Source of the DNA: Sumerlaeia bacterium
Lineage (GTDB): Bacteria; Sumerlaeota; Sumerlaeia; SLMS01; JAHLLQ01
Assembly: GCA_040219255.1 (NCBI GenBank)
Contig: JAVJSW010000002.1
Coordinates: 1-64,000, forward strand
Direction: 5' to 3'
Length of the DNA: 64,000 bases
Shown here: positions 37,848 to 47,271 of the stretch, piece after piece
Layout of the letters: each line of letters begins with the position of its first letter
Numbering within the stretch: position 1 is the stretch's first letter
The notes under the pieces: generated by a model
The model's database searches: none
Seen by the model: the letters and a program-made list of their open reading frames with translations, nothing else
Told to the model about the DNA's origin: nothing
Program-made: the position numbers and the translations under genes

Positions 37848-39356
37848 ATGTCCGCCCAGACCGAATACAACGAACTCCTCGCCAAGTTGGCCGAAGTCAA
37901 CGACCTGCACAAGGCGGCCGCGCTGCTCAGCTGGGATCAGCAAACCTACATGCCGCCGAAAGGCGCCAAGGCCCGCGGCGAGCAGCTCGCGACCCTCAGC
38001 GCCCTCGCCCACCGGCTCTTCACCAAGAGCCAGGTCGGCGACACCCTGCAGCGTTTGGCGGAAGCCTCGGCGGAACTCTCGCCGGACGAGAACAAGACCG
38101 TCGAGCTGACCCAGTGGCATTACGACCGCGCGACCCGCCTGCCGGAGGCCTTTGTCAAGGAGTGCTCGGAAACGGAAGCGCAGGCGTTCGAGGCCTGGAC
38201 GGTGGCGAAGAAAAACGCGGACTTCAAAACCTTTCAACCTCACCTGGAGAAGCTCATTTCCCAGGCCCGCCGCCGCGCCGATTATTATGGTTACGAGGGT
38301 TCGCCCTACAACGCGCTCCTCGAATCGTTCGAGCGCGGCATGACGGCGGAGAAAATCCAACCGCTCTTCGCGGAAATGGCGGCCCGCCTCAGCGACCTGA
38401 CCGCCCGTATCCTCGCCTCGCCGAACCAGCCCAAGACCGACTGGCTCGACGACACGGAATGGGCGGTGGATCGCCAGTGGGATTTCAGCATCCTGATCCT
38501 GCGCGAGATGGGTTACGATTTCGACGCCGGTCGTCAGGACAAGTCGGCCCATCCCTTCACCACCAACTTCGACCTCCACGACGTTCGGGTCACGACGCGG
38601 CTGCACCCGAAGATGCTCTTCTCAGGCTTCCGCAGCTCGGTCCATGAAGGCGGCCACGCGCTCTACGAGCAGGGTTTCCTCGATGCGGACCGGCGCACCC
38701 CATTGGCCGAAGCCATTTCCCTCGGCATCCACGAATCCCAATCGCGCATGTGGGAAAACATGATCGGATGCAGCCGCGCTTTCTGGACGAATTACTTCCC
38801 GCGCCTGCGCGAGCACTTCCCACAGGAGCTGAACGACGTCACGCTCGATGAACTTGTGCGGGCGGTGAACAAGGTGGACCGGACCCTGATCCGTGTGGAG
38901 GCCGACGAAGTGACCTACGGCATCCACATCGTCATCCGGTTCGAAATCGAGCTGGCGCTGCTGGAGGGCGAACTCGAAGCCGCCGATATTCCCGCCGCGT
39001 GGAACGCAAAAATCAAAGAGTACCTGGGCCTGGACGTGCCGGACGATGGTGTGGGGTGCCTGCAAGACGTCCACTGGTCCTATGGGGCCTTCGGGTATTT
39101 CCCGACCTACGCGCTGGGGAACCTGTACGCGGCGCAGATGATGCCGCGCATCGAGAAGGATTTGCCGCAGCTCTGGGAGCAGGTCGGCCGCGGCGAGCTG
39201 CTGCCCCTGCGCGAATGGCTCCGCAAGAACGTCCACGAGGTCGGTTCACGCAAAACCGCCCCGGAACTCATCGCGAGTCTGACGGGGCGGGGTCTGGAAG
39301 CGGAGCCCTTCCTGGCTTATCTGGAGAAGAAATACGGCGAACTGTACCGGCTCTGA
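37848..39356 (+). CDS. carboxypeptidase, family M32
   Basis: HPF, HEGGHALYEQ, HESQSR, IRVEADE, QDVHW, GYFPTYALG. Confidence 0.96.
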   Translation: MSAQTEYNELLAKLAEVNDLHKAAALLSWDQQTYMPPKGAKARGEQLATLSALAHRLFTKSQVGDTLQRLAEASAELSPDENKTVELTQWHYDRATRLPEAFVKECSETEAQAFEAWTVAKKNADFKTFQPHLEKLISQARRRADYYGYEGSPYNALLESFERGMTAEKIQPLFAEMAARLSDLTARILASPNQPKTDWLDDTEWAVDRQWDFSILILREMGYDFDAGRQDKSAHPFTTNFDLHDVRVTTRLHPKMLFSGFRSSVHEGGHALYEQGFLDADRRTPLAEAISLGIHESQSRMWENMIGCSRAFWTNYFPRLREHFPQELNDVTLDELVRAVNKVDRTLIRVEADEVTYGIHIVIRFEIELALLEGELEAADIPAAWNAKIKEYLGLDVPDDGVGCLQDVHWSYGAFGYFPTYALGNLYAAQMMPRIEKDLPQLWEQVGRGELLPLREWLRKNVHEVGSRKTAPELIASLTGRGLEAEPFLAYLEKKYGELYRL

Positions 39357-39360
39357 GGCC

Positions 39361-40428
39361 TTACTTCGGCGCCTTGACCAACGCGATGGAGTTGGCGTCG
39401 CGGAGCTTGACCTGGAGCTGGTTGCGGTATTCGTCCACCGAACCGGCGATCATCAGGGGCGTGCCTTCTTTCAGGAGCGCTTTGTCGATGCCCTCGGCCA
39501 TGTCGCTCCAGAAGACGACCTGAGTCGAGCCGGTCGGTTCCTGAAGGGTCAGGATGTAGGGGGCGCGTTCGCTGGTGGGATTGCGCAAGTTGGCGACATA
39601 GCCGGCGATGAGGACGTCCTTGCCCAGGCTGGCTCTCAGATTGCCGAGGCGGGTCGTGCGAGGGTCGGCGTGAAAGACCTCCATGGCCTTTTTCTGCTCG
39701 GCGCTGGCGGCGGCGGCCATTTCCGCTTCGACACTCTTGACGGTGCGGCCGGTGCCTTCGATGACCATGTCGGAGTCGGTGACGGCTTTGATTTGAAGCT
39801 TCTCGCGGTATTCGGTGAGGGGACCGCGAACCGTAACCATTTGACCCGCTTTCGGGGCACCATGTCCCGATTCGATACCGGCGGCCTGAGCCGGATAGTA
39901 GATGGCGTAAAGCTCCGGATCGGCGGAAATCTGCAGCGTGGTCGGCGCGGTTTCGCTGAAGGAGGGCCGCACGTCGAGAATCTTGGCGGTCACGATCACG
40001 ATTTCGCCAAGGTTGGCGGCGCTGATGCTCTTCGCATCGCGAGCGCCCGCGAACCCGACGAACGGTTCGGCGGAACCGGGGGCGGGGGCGGAAGAGGCCT
40101 GGCTCTGGGCGTCGGCGACGAACTCCTCGCCGATTTCCGCCTCCGTGCGCAGAGGACGGCGCAGGGGGGGCTCGATGCTGGCCCAATCGATTTCGTCGAG
40201 CATCGGCTGCTTCTCCGCAACCTGTGCCATCGCAACGCTTCGCGAGCGAACGACGTCACGCGTTTCCGCGTTCGAGGCCAGGACCACCGGGGGGGAAGGC
40301 GCGGCTTTTGCGGTCTGCTGTTCGCCGGTGGAGGGAGGAAAGAGCACCTTGCCCCCAACCGCTCCGGCGGTCAGCAAAAGAATACTCGCGCCAGTCACGG
40401 CGATGGCGATCAACGGTTTCGAACTCAT
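39361..40428 (-). CDS. membrane-anchored/exported protein with two OB-fold nucleic-acid-binding-like domains
   Basis: N-terminal hydrophobic helix; internal duplication G..V.V.G...EYR..LQ(I/V)K. Confidence 0.72.
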   Translation of the reverse strand: MSSKPLIAIAVTGASILLLTAGAVGGKVLFPPSTGEQQTAKAAPSPPVVLASNAETRDVVRSRSVAMAQVAEKQPMLDEIDWASIEPPLRRPLRTEAEIGEEFVADAQSQASSAPAPGSAEPFVGFAGARDAKSISAANLGEIVIVTAKILDVRPSFSETAPTTLQISADPELYAIYYPAQAAGIESGHGAPKAGQMVTVRGPLTEYREKLQIKAVTDSDMVIEGTGRTVKSVEAEMAAAASAEQKKAMEVFHADPRTTRLGNLRASLGKDVLIAGYVANLRNPTSERAPYILTLQEPTGSTQVVFWSDMAEGIDKALLKEGTPLMIAGSVDEYRNQLQVKLRDANSIALVKAPK

Positions 40429-40628
40429 GGGGAAACTCCTGCGAATAACGGGTCATGATGTGAGAGCCCAGTGGAGGGTAGTCAACCGGGTTGTGAATAA
40501 CTTTCTAACGTATTCGAAAAGGAAGGCGAAGGCAAGTGAAAATCCGTTCCTGGAATATGCCACTTTTTCGCCCTGCTGACTATTATGACAAATAATGCCC
40601 GCAACAGCGCCAGACGAGTCCCAGCCCC

Positions 40629-42020
40629 ATGAGCGAACCCGAGCGAATCGAAGACCCCAAAGAAACCGAATCGGCCGCGCCCCGGCCATTCACCGAGGAG
40701 TTGATGGAGGAGAGCAAGGTGCCCTCTGGCGCCATCGACGCCATGGTGGGGCTCAGCGCCGTGCTCTCCATCGCGGCGTTCGCCGGCCTCGCGTACCTGG
40801 TGCTGGCGAAGATGCTGCCGCCGGGGACGCTGCCGGAACCGAACCAGGGCTGGCGCGCCGCGCTTCTGGTGCTGGTGAGCGCGGGCATCGGCTTCTCGAC
40901 GAACTGGCTGGCGATCAAGATGCTGTTTCGCCCCCGCGAGCGCAAACAGTGGCTCGTGCTCTGGCCCCAGGGCCTCCTGCCCCGCGAGCAGGAGCGGTTC
41001 GCCCGGGCGCTCGGCAAAGTCGCTGCTCAGCGCCTGCTTTCGCCCGAAGCGGTCGCCTCCGGTCTGGCCGACGAAAGCTTGCGCGGGCCCCTGGGGCGCG
41101 TCTTCCGCGACGAGCTGCGCACGCTCCTGGAGCAGCCGGCGGTGCGGTCGGCGCTGACCGATTATGCGGAGGACGTTTTGCGGACGAAGGGCCCGCGGCT
41201 GATCCAACGGCTGCGGCCCGAACTGCGATCGGCGCTCGAGGGGGCGCTGGAGAAGCACCTGACGCCGGAGCGGCTCCTGGCGATCACCGAACGGGCCGTG
41301 ATGGCGTTCGCCCGCAACCGCCCTATGCGGCGGTCGCTGGCGCGTTGGATCGGCGAGCAGACGGCGCGCGAGGGCGTCATCCAGCGCATCGTCGGCACCC
41401 TGCAAGAACAGTTCATGCGATACCGCGAGAAGTACCCCGTGCGGGGATTCATCGCCGAGCAGTTCGTGATCGATTGGGACCAGGTGCGGACCTCGATCGT
41501 CAACATCCTGAAGAGCCGCGAGGCATCGGAAGAACTGGCCGAAATCATGGTCGATGTGGCCGGTTCGCTGGTCGAAACCCTGCGCCAGCCCAAAGCCGCC
41601 CGCGCCACCGCCACCTTCCGCCGCCAGTTCATCGACAACGCCCTCGACTGGTTCGAGACCGAGGGCGTGGAATGGATCGCCGCGCAGGCCGCCGACCTGG
41701 CGGACAAGGACGAGACGTGGCGGCTGGTGGACCGCGTGGTCGAGGACTTCGCGACGCGCATCCCCCAGTCGCTCTTCGAGAGCGTAGGCGATGGCAGCCG
41801 CCTGCGGCCCGAGGTGCAGGAGCACCTGCGCGTCCTGCAGCGCCGCCTGGTAAAGGCGACGCCCATCGCCGGCATCGTGGAGAAGCAGGTGCTGGCCATG
41901 GAGCCGCGCAAAATCGAGGCGCTGGTGGACGAAATCGGCCGGCGAGAACTGGCCACGATCCAGGTGCTGGGCCTGGTCGTGGGCGCGCTGGCAGGCGCGG
42001 CGTTGATTGTTTTGATTTAG
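40629..42020 (+). CDS. DUF445 family membrane protein
   Basis: IGFSTNWLAIKMLFRP, QGLLP, RELATIQVLGLVVGALAG. Confidence 0.88.
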   Translation: MSEPERIEDPKETESAAPRPFTEELMEESKVPSGAIDAMVGLSAVLSIAAFAGLAYLVLAKMLPPGTLPEPNQGWRAALLVLVSAGIGFSTNWLAIKMLFRPRERKQWLVLWPQGLLPREQERFARALGKVAAQRLLSPEAVASGLADESLRGPLGRVFRDELRTLLEQPAVRSALTDYAEDVLRTKGPRLIQRLRPELRSALEGALEKHLTPERLLAITERAVMAFARNRPMRRSLARWIGEQTAREGVIQRIVGTLQEQFMRYREKYPVRGFIAEQFVIDWDQVRTSIVNILKSREASEELAEIMVDVAGSLVETLRQPKAARATATFRRQFIDNALDWFETEGVEWIAAQAADLADKDETWRLVDRVVEDFATRIPQSLFESVGDGSRLRPEVQEHLRVLQRRLVKATPIAGIVEKQVLAMEPRKIEALVDEIGRRELATIQVLGLVVGALAGAALIVLI

Positions 42021-42334
42021 TCGGGCTCGGGTCATGGCTGGTGCTGCCTTCGGTCGAGAAGATGGCGAGAGATTAGGACAAGGGCGCACGGCTGTCGCTT
42101 GAGTATCGGCGGTTAAACCTGTGGGTTTTAACGGTGTGGGGCGGGGGGCTTTCTTTCGTGGCCGGGGCGAATTCTTTCATCCCGGCGCGCTGTTCTTCAT
42201 TTCGCCATGCACCACGCCGGGGCGGAAAAGGATGCGGCGCGGTGGCTGCGGGATGCTTTTGGTTGCGGCCGAGCAAGTTTATGACATCAAACGGTTGCAT
42301 CTGATCGAAATCCCGTTCTGCGAAAGGTTTTCCT

Positions 42335-43741
42335 GTGAATCGCTCGCCCCTCGCCGCCCTCTTTGCTTTAGGTTTATCTTTTTCTCTTTGTCATAGCACA
42401 GCCGCCGACACCACCGCCTTTACTATTGTGGACGACGACGCGCTCGACGCGGCCATCGCGGAGGTTCGCGCCGAGTTCCTGGCGACGCAGTCCTTCGACC
42501 GCCTGAACGCATGCCTTCTGCTGCCCGATGGCGACCGCACCTGGCGCCGCGGGGCCTTCAACAGCGACGAGTTACAGTATCCGGCGAGCTGTGTGAAGCT
42601 GGTCTATATGGCCCGGGCGATGGTCTGGGCGCGGGAAAACGGCATGCCCTACGAGACGCTGGACGCGAGCGTCCGCCCGATGATCGCGGTGTCGGACAAT
42701 GTGGCCACGGGCGAGGTGGTGGACGCGATTTCCGGCGTGCCGAATTTCGCGGGCAACGAAGCGAACGCGCCGGCCTTCGCCGACTGGCTGGAGAAGCGCC
42801 TGACGACGGAGCGCTGGTTGGAGAGCCGGGGGTTGCTCGGCAATCAGACGATTCTGCACAAGACCTACCCTACGAACTCGGGCAATGGGCTGTCGGGTTA
42901 TGAGCAGCAGGCGTTCGATCAACGCGGCGGCAACCGCATGCAGGCGCGGCTGAGTGCGTCGCTGATGCTGGAAATCATCGAGGGCGCCATCGAACCGGAG
43001 GCGAACGCCTACATGCGCGAATTGCTGGAGACCGACCGATGGAGCAGCGACAGCGCGGTCGGATTTGGCGTGGTGCCGGGGTCGTCGTATCAGAACAAGA
43101 TTGGCGTGGCCTACGACACTCTCGAGGACATTGCCTTTATCGCTATGCCCAATGGCCAGCGGCTCATTCTGACGGTGTTCACGAACGGCTGGGACACGGG
43201 CGAGCCGCTGCCCTACGACGCAGCGCCGCTGGGTGTGTTCGCCGAGATGCTGATCGAACGCCTGGGCCTGGACGCCGGGAACCCGCCGAAAATCAAGGCG
43301 GATGATGCGGACGCGGCCGTGGCCTATGAAGGGAGCTGGAGCACCGGAACAAGTTCGGTGGACAAATTCGGCGCGAGCTACGCTTTCGCCGCCGGAGGCA
43401 GCGGCGCCACGGCCGCGTTTGACCTGAACGTGCCGCGCGGCGGCCTTTACGAAGTCGCCGTCTGGTGGCCCGACGGCGGAAACCGCGCCACGAACGCGCC
43501 CTTCACGGTGGAACACCGGGATGGTTCGACGACTGTGCGCGAAGACCAGACGGAGCGCGGCGGATGCTGGGTGCGGCTGGGCGACTTCGAATTCGAAGCC
43601 AGGCGGGGCCGCGTCGTCGTCGGCACGCAAGGCGTCAGCACGAGCCGCGTGGTGATGGCGGACGCGGTGAAGGCGACGGCGTGGCCGGTGGCTGTGGCGG
43701 GGACTTCCGGTTGGATGGTGATGGGGACGGGCAAGAACTAA
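42335..43741 (+). CDS. secreted class A beta-lactamase-like serine hydrolase with C-terminal golvesin/Xly-type CBM-like domain
   Basis: Signal peptide; SCVK (SxxK), SDN, NKIG; GLYEVAVWW..NRATNAP..VMADAVK. Confidence 0.8.
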   Translation: MNRSPLAALFALGLSFSLCHSTAADTTAFTIVDDDALDAAIAEVRAEFLATQSFDRLNACLLLPDGDRTWRRGAFNSDELQYPASCVKLVYMARAMVWARENGMPYETLDASVRPMIAVSDNVATGEVVDAISGVPNFAGNEANAPAFADWLEKRLTTERWLESRGLLGNQTILHKTYPTNSGNGLSGYEQQAFDQRGGNRMQARLSASLMLEIIEGAIEPEANAYMRELLETDRWSSDSAVGFGVVPGSSYQNKIGVAYDTLEDIAFIAMPNGQRLILTVFTNGWDTGEPLPYDAAPLGVFAEMLIERLGLDAGNPPKIKADDADAAVAYEGSWSTGTSSVDKFGASYAFAAGGSGATAAFDLNVPRGGLYEVAVWWPDGGNRATNAPFTVEHRDGSTTVREDQTERGGCWVRLGDFEFEARRGRVVVGTQGVSTSRVVMADAVKATAWPVAVAGTSGWMVMGTGKN

Positions 43742-44172
43742 TCCCCCGGCGCCTTCTTCCAAATCGGCACGCTCTTCTTCATTTCGTCCATCAGCCATTT
43801 GGCGGCGGCGAAGGCTTCGGCGCGGTGGCCGGCGCTGACGCCGACGAGGATGCTGGGTTCGCCGACGGGGACGGGGCCGGTGCGGTGGACCATGGCGAGG
43901 CGCCGCAGGGGCCATTTCCCGCGGGCGGTTTCGAAGAGTTTTTCGATCTCGCGCTCGGCCATGCGAGGATAGAATTCATAGTCCAGATGGGTGATAGCGG
44001 CGTCGCCCTCGGTCTCGCGCACGATACCCGAGAAGGTGACGAGGGCGCCGGCTTCGGGGTCGAGCCCGGGGCCGTCGCTGGCGCTGGCCCCATGGCCGAT
44101 GGCGCGCACCATGGCGTCGAGGGAAAGGGACTCGGCGGTGATTTCGATGAGGTCTTTGGCGTGATGAGTCAT
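43738..44172 (-). CDS. moaE: molybdopterin synthase catalytic subunit
   Basis: GALVTFSGIVRE, LDYEFYPRMA, HRTG, HRAEAF, KKSVPIWKK. Confidence 0.93.
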   Translation of the reverse strand: MTHHAKDLIEITAESLSLDAMVRAIGHGASASDGPGLDPEAGALVTFSGIVRETEGDAAITHLDYEFYPRMAEREIEKLFETARGKWPLRRLAMVHRTGPVPVGEPSILVGVSAGHRAEAFAAAKWLMDEMKKSVPIWKKAPGD

Positions 44173-44197
44173 GGCGGTGAAGGCGGAGCGGCGGAGG

Positions 44198-45181
44198 TCA
44201 ATCGGGGGTGCTGAACATGTGGAGTTGCTTGAAAGCCGGTTCCGGGCCATAAAGCGAGACGACCCAGGCCCAAGCGTCGAAATCGTCGATGACGCGGCGG
44301 CTGAGGTACAGTGCATAGGCGCGCTGGCACTTGGCGAAGACACGCCGGCATTTGGCTTCGTGGGTGCGGGTCATCCCGGGGCGGGCGCCGCGCAGAATGA
44401 GCGCCATGAGGGCGCAAACGGGGATAAGCCCGGCCTCGAACAGATAGGCGGAAATGGCGGGAGGCATGACGTCCTCGACAAATCCCGCCGCGAAGATGAT
44501 CGCGTGCACCAGGATAAAGCACGAGGCGATCAGCAGGATGAACCCGACCGCCGCGATGCCAACCACCGCCAGACAGCCGCCCATGAGGCTGGCGACCTCG
44601 TGCGCGATGCCTTTCGATGGCTGGGAGACGCGCTCGATGATGTGGAACCGGTGGGCCACCGCCGACCGCGCCGCCCGCCCCGCCACGAGGAGCCCGAAGA
44701 GCGTTCCCTCCCAAGCGAGCCACAACCACGCGGCGCTCATCAGCGCGACGGCCGCGGCCGAATGGTTCAGATAAACCAGCGCCGCCACCACATAGATGGC
44801 CAGAGGCACCCCGAAGAGAATGAGCGCCGCGAAGATGTCGACGGCCCAGTGCTCGCGCGACTCCAGATAAATGGCCTCGGCCAGTTCCTCGCCCGTGGTG
44901 GGGGTCAGCCAGACCTCCAGCGTGGCCTGCGAATAACCGCGGTCGGTGATGAGATTGCTGGCCCAGGCGGGAAAGCGCGATTGGCGGCTGGGCTTGAGAA
45001 GCCGGCCTCCACCGCGAAAGGACGCGCGCTTGTACTCCGCGGCGAACCACCGCCGGTGCCACGGGGGCCGGTGATCGCGCCGCCGCAGCCGAAACGCCTG
45101 ATAGACCGCGTTCCCGTCCTGGCGGGCGAGCACCGGGTCGATCTTGCGGAGCCAATGGGGGAAAGCGGGAGGGGAACTCAT
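44198..45181 (-). CDS. hypothetical polytopic membrane protein
   Basis: About four hydrophobic helices; ATGA overlap with upstream gene. Confidence 0.7.
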   Translation of the reverse strand: MSSPPAFPHWLRKIDPVLARQDGNAVYQAFRLRRRDHRPPWHRRWFAAEYKRASFRGGGRLLKPSRQSRFPAWASNLITDRGYSQATLEVWLTPTTGEELAEAIYLESREHWAVDIFAALILFGVPLAIYVVAALVYLNHSAAAVALMSAAWLWLAWEGTLFGLLVAGRAARSAVAHRFHIIERVSQPSKGIAHEVASLMGGCLAVVGIAAVGFILLIASCFILVHAIIFAAGFVEDVMPPAISAYLFEAGLIPVCALMALILRGARPGMTRTHEAKCRRVFAKCQRAYALYLSRRVIDDFDAWAWVVSLYGPEPAFKQLHMFSTPD

Positions 45182-47271
45182 GGAGCGGGGGCGGCTTCGA
45201 AACTGGGCGTCGTGGCGGCGTCGCCTTGCCAGACCACGATGTCCATTCCGTTATAGGTGATTGCGCTGATATTGAAGGGGGTTTGAGGGAAGAAGCACTC
45301 GGATTCCAGGGCAATGCCCTGCTCTTCCTGGGGCCAGACAGTGGCCCGGAGATCGGTGGAGGCGGGGGTGCAGTCTAGCGGGATCAGCGTGCCACTGGTG
45401 CGGAAATCGGGCGCGCGGGCATAAGCATCGTGGGTGTTCTGGCGGGCGAAGGCGTCAGGAACCCACGTATCGGGACCAATGGAAAGGATTGTGGGAGGGT
45501 CGCTATCGACCAGGAGAAAGCTCAGGTTCTCAGGCGTCATGAAGGCATCGGGCGGCAGGCCTTTCTCCAGGAAGCGGGCGCGTAGCGCTTCGTAATCGGC
45601 GGGGAGCGCTTCGCCCTCGGCGGGCAGGGCGTAGCGGGATTCGAGGAGGACGAGGCGGGCGAACTTCTTGTCGAAGTCGCTGGTGGTGGGGTAGCGATTC
45701 GGGTTTGCGATGACCTCTGGCTGGCGCAAGGAGACACGGAATTCGCCCGGGCCGCCGGCAAGAACCTGAAGCGGTTCGAGGAACCGGGTGGAAGGATCGG
45801 GCAGAGGTTCCCTCAGCAAGGGAGCGGGAAAGCAGGAGGGGCCTTCGGGCAGGGTGCCGGTGGCCATGGCATGGCGGGCGGCGATGGCAGTGACCAGGAG
45901 GCTGATGTCGGCCAGCACTTCGAGCTGCCGCTGGTAGAGGTAGGGAGCGGAGTCCGTCGAAAAGGGGAAGTAGGGTTCCTTGCGCGGACGGGGCGCCATG
46001 AACGCGTTGGCGATTTGGCGGCTGCGCAGCGTGGACGCCATCAATTCGGGCCACAGTTCCTCCATCAGCGCCGGATTCGGCGGGCCTTCCAGCAAAGCGC
46101 GGCCGATCATCGAAATCCCCAGCGCTTCGGCCATGACTCCCATGTAGTGGCTGACGCCAAAGGCGCCCGAGGAGCGCATGGCCTGGCCCATACGGATCAA
46201 GCCAAGAGCCAACTCGGTGGCCCCGCGTGGATCGCCGGCGAACAGGCGCCGATGGACTTCGATCTCCACCAGGTTCAGATTGCCGCGGAACGTGGCGAAC
46301 TGCACCGGTTTGACTTCCATCGTTCGCCAGGACAGGAGAAAGGGATTGGGCAATTCGGCCATGGTCTGGCCGGGAGCGACGGACAGGGCGGCGCTCGTCA
46401 ATGCGTCGACGCTGAAGTAGGTCTGGCCGAAGTAGAGGTCTCGCGAGGTGTTGATGGCCCGGCCTTCCCGAACCGCCCGCACCTCGGCGGCGATGTCGCG
46501 GTAATGGGCGAGGGCTTGCTCGGCGAAGGGCCGGTCCGAAGCGGCGAGGCGGGTCTCGAATGCCCGAAGCTGATCGACAAAATCCGGCGTGGAAAAGACT
46601 TCGTCTCCGGCCCCGAGCAGAGTCACGTCGAGGGCGAGACAGAGAAGGAAGGGGTCGTCCGGCGAGGCCTCCAGCAACACTTCGAGCTGAGCGCCAGCGC
46701 CCCGCCAGTCGCGTTCGTCGATGGAGCGCAGGACGGGGAGCACGCCCTCTGGGTCCTCCACCGGGAGCCAGACGTCGGCGACAGTGAGTTCGGTCGTGGT
46801 GACATCATGCCCCCACCGCGTGGACCCGATTGCGCGGTTGGAGCCAAAGGAATAGGACGACAGATCGAATCGACCGCTCTCCGTTTGGCGAAGATATACG
46901 GCTACCGATTCATCGCCGTAGTCCCTGTTCAAGGCCTCGATCTCGACCTGCAAAACCCAGTAAGGGTCGAGGCGGAGCAGGCTTGTCCGGTAACGATACT
47001 CGACCTCGCGCAAGGAATTCGGGGCGGCCTCGCCGGGGTCGCCGGGCCATAGCAGTTCGCTTCTGGGCATGCCGCGCTCGATGCCGGACAGGCGCAGCAG
47101 CAGGCCGCCGCTGACGCGGTCGTACACGACGCGTTCGTCGGCGGCGAGGAGGCCCCAGGCGAGCCAGCCAAGGGCGGCAAGCCCAGCGGCCAGCAAAGCC
47201 AGGAAGGCTCGGCGCCTTGTGAGAAGTGGCCGAAGGGGATTTGTGCGGCTTGGCTCGGCGGATTTCGTCAT
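45178..47271 (-). CDS. hypothetical membrane-anchored protein, paralog B
   Basis: N-terminal TM; many blocks shared with 47268..49298; ATGA overlaps on both sides. Confidence 0.8.
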   Translation of the reverse strand: MTKSAEPSRTNPLRPLLTRRRAFLALLAAGLAALGWLAWGLLAADERVVYDRVSGGLLLRLSGIERGMPRSELLWPGDPGEAAPNSLREVEYRYRTSLLRLDPYWVLQVEIEALNRDYGDESVAVYLRQTESGRFDLSSYSFGSNRAIGSTRWGHDVTTTELTVADVWLPVEDPEGVLPVLRSIDERDWRGAGAQLEVLLEASPDDPFLLCLALDVTLLGAGDEVFSTPDFVDQLRAFETRLAASDRPFAEQALAHYRDIAAEVRAVREGRAINTSRDLYFGQTYFSVDALTSAALSVAPGQTMAELPNPFLLSWRTMEVKPVQFATFRGNLNLVEIEVHRRLFAGDPRGATELALGLIRMGQAMRSSGAFGVSHYMGVMAEALGISMIGRALLEGPPNPALMEELWPELMASTLRSRQIANAFMAPRPRKEPYFPFSTDSAPYLYQRQLEVLADISLLVTAIAARHAMATGTLPEGPSCFPAPLLREPLPDPSTRFLEPLQVLAGGPGEFRVSLRQPEVIANPNRYPTTSDFDKKFARLVLLESRYALPAEGEALPADYEALRARFLEKGLPPDAFMTPENLSFLLVDSDPPTILSIGPDTWVPDAFARQNTHDAYARAPDFRTSGTLIPLDCTPASTDLRATVWPQEEQGIALESECFFPQTPFNISAITYNGMDIVVWQGDAATTPSFEAAPAP

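Noticed and set aside
42335-43741. Calling the serine hydrolase an antibiotic-resistance beta-lactamase
   Set aside because: No recognisable omega-loop ExxLN motif and a fused CBM-like domain; only the fold can be supported.
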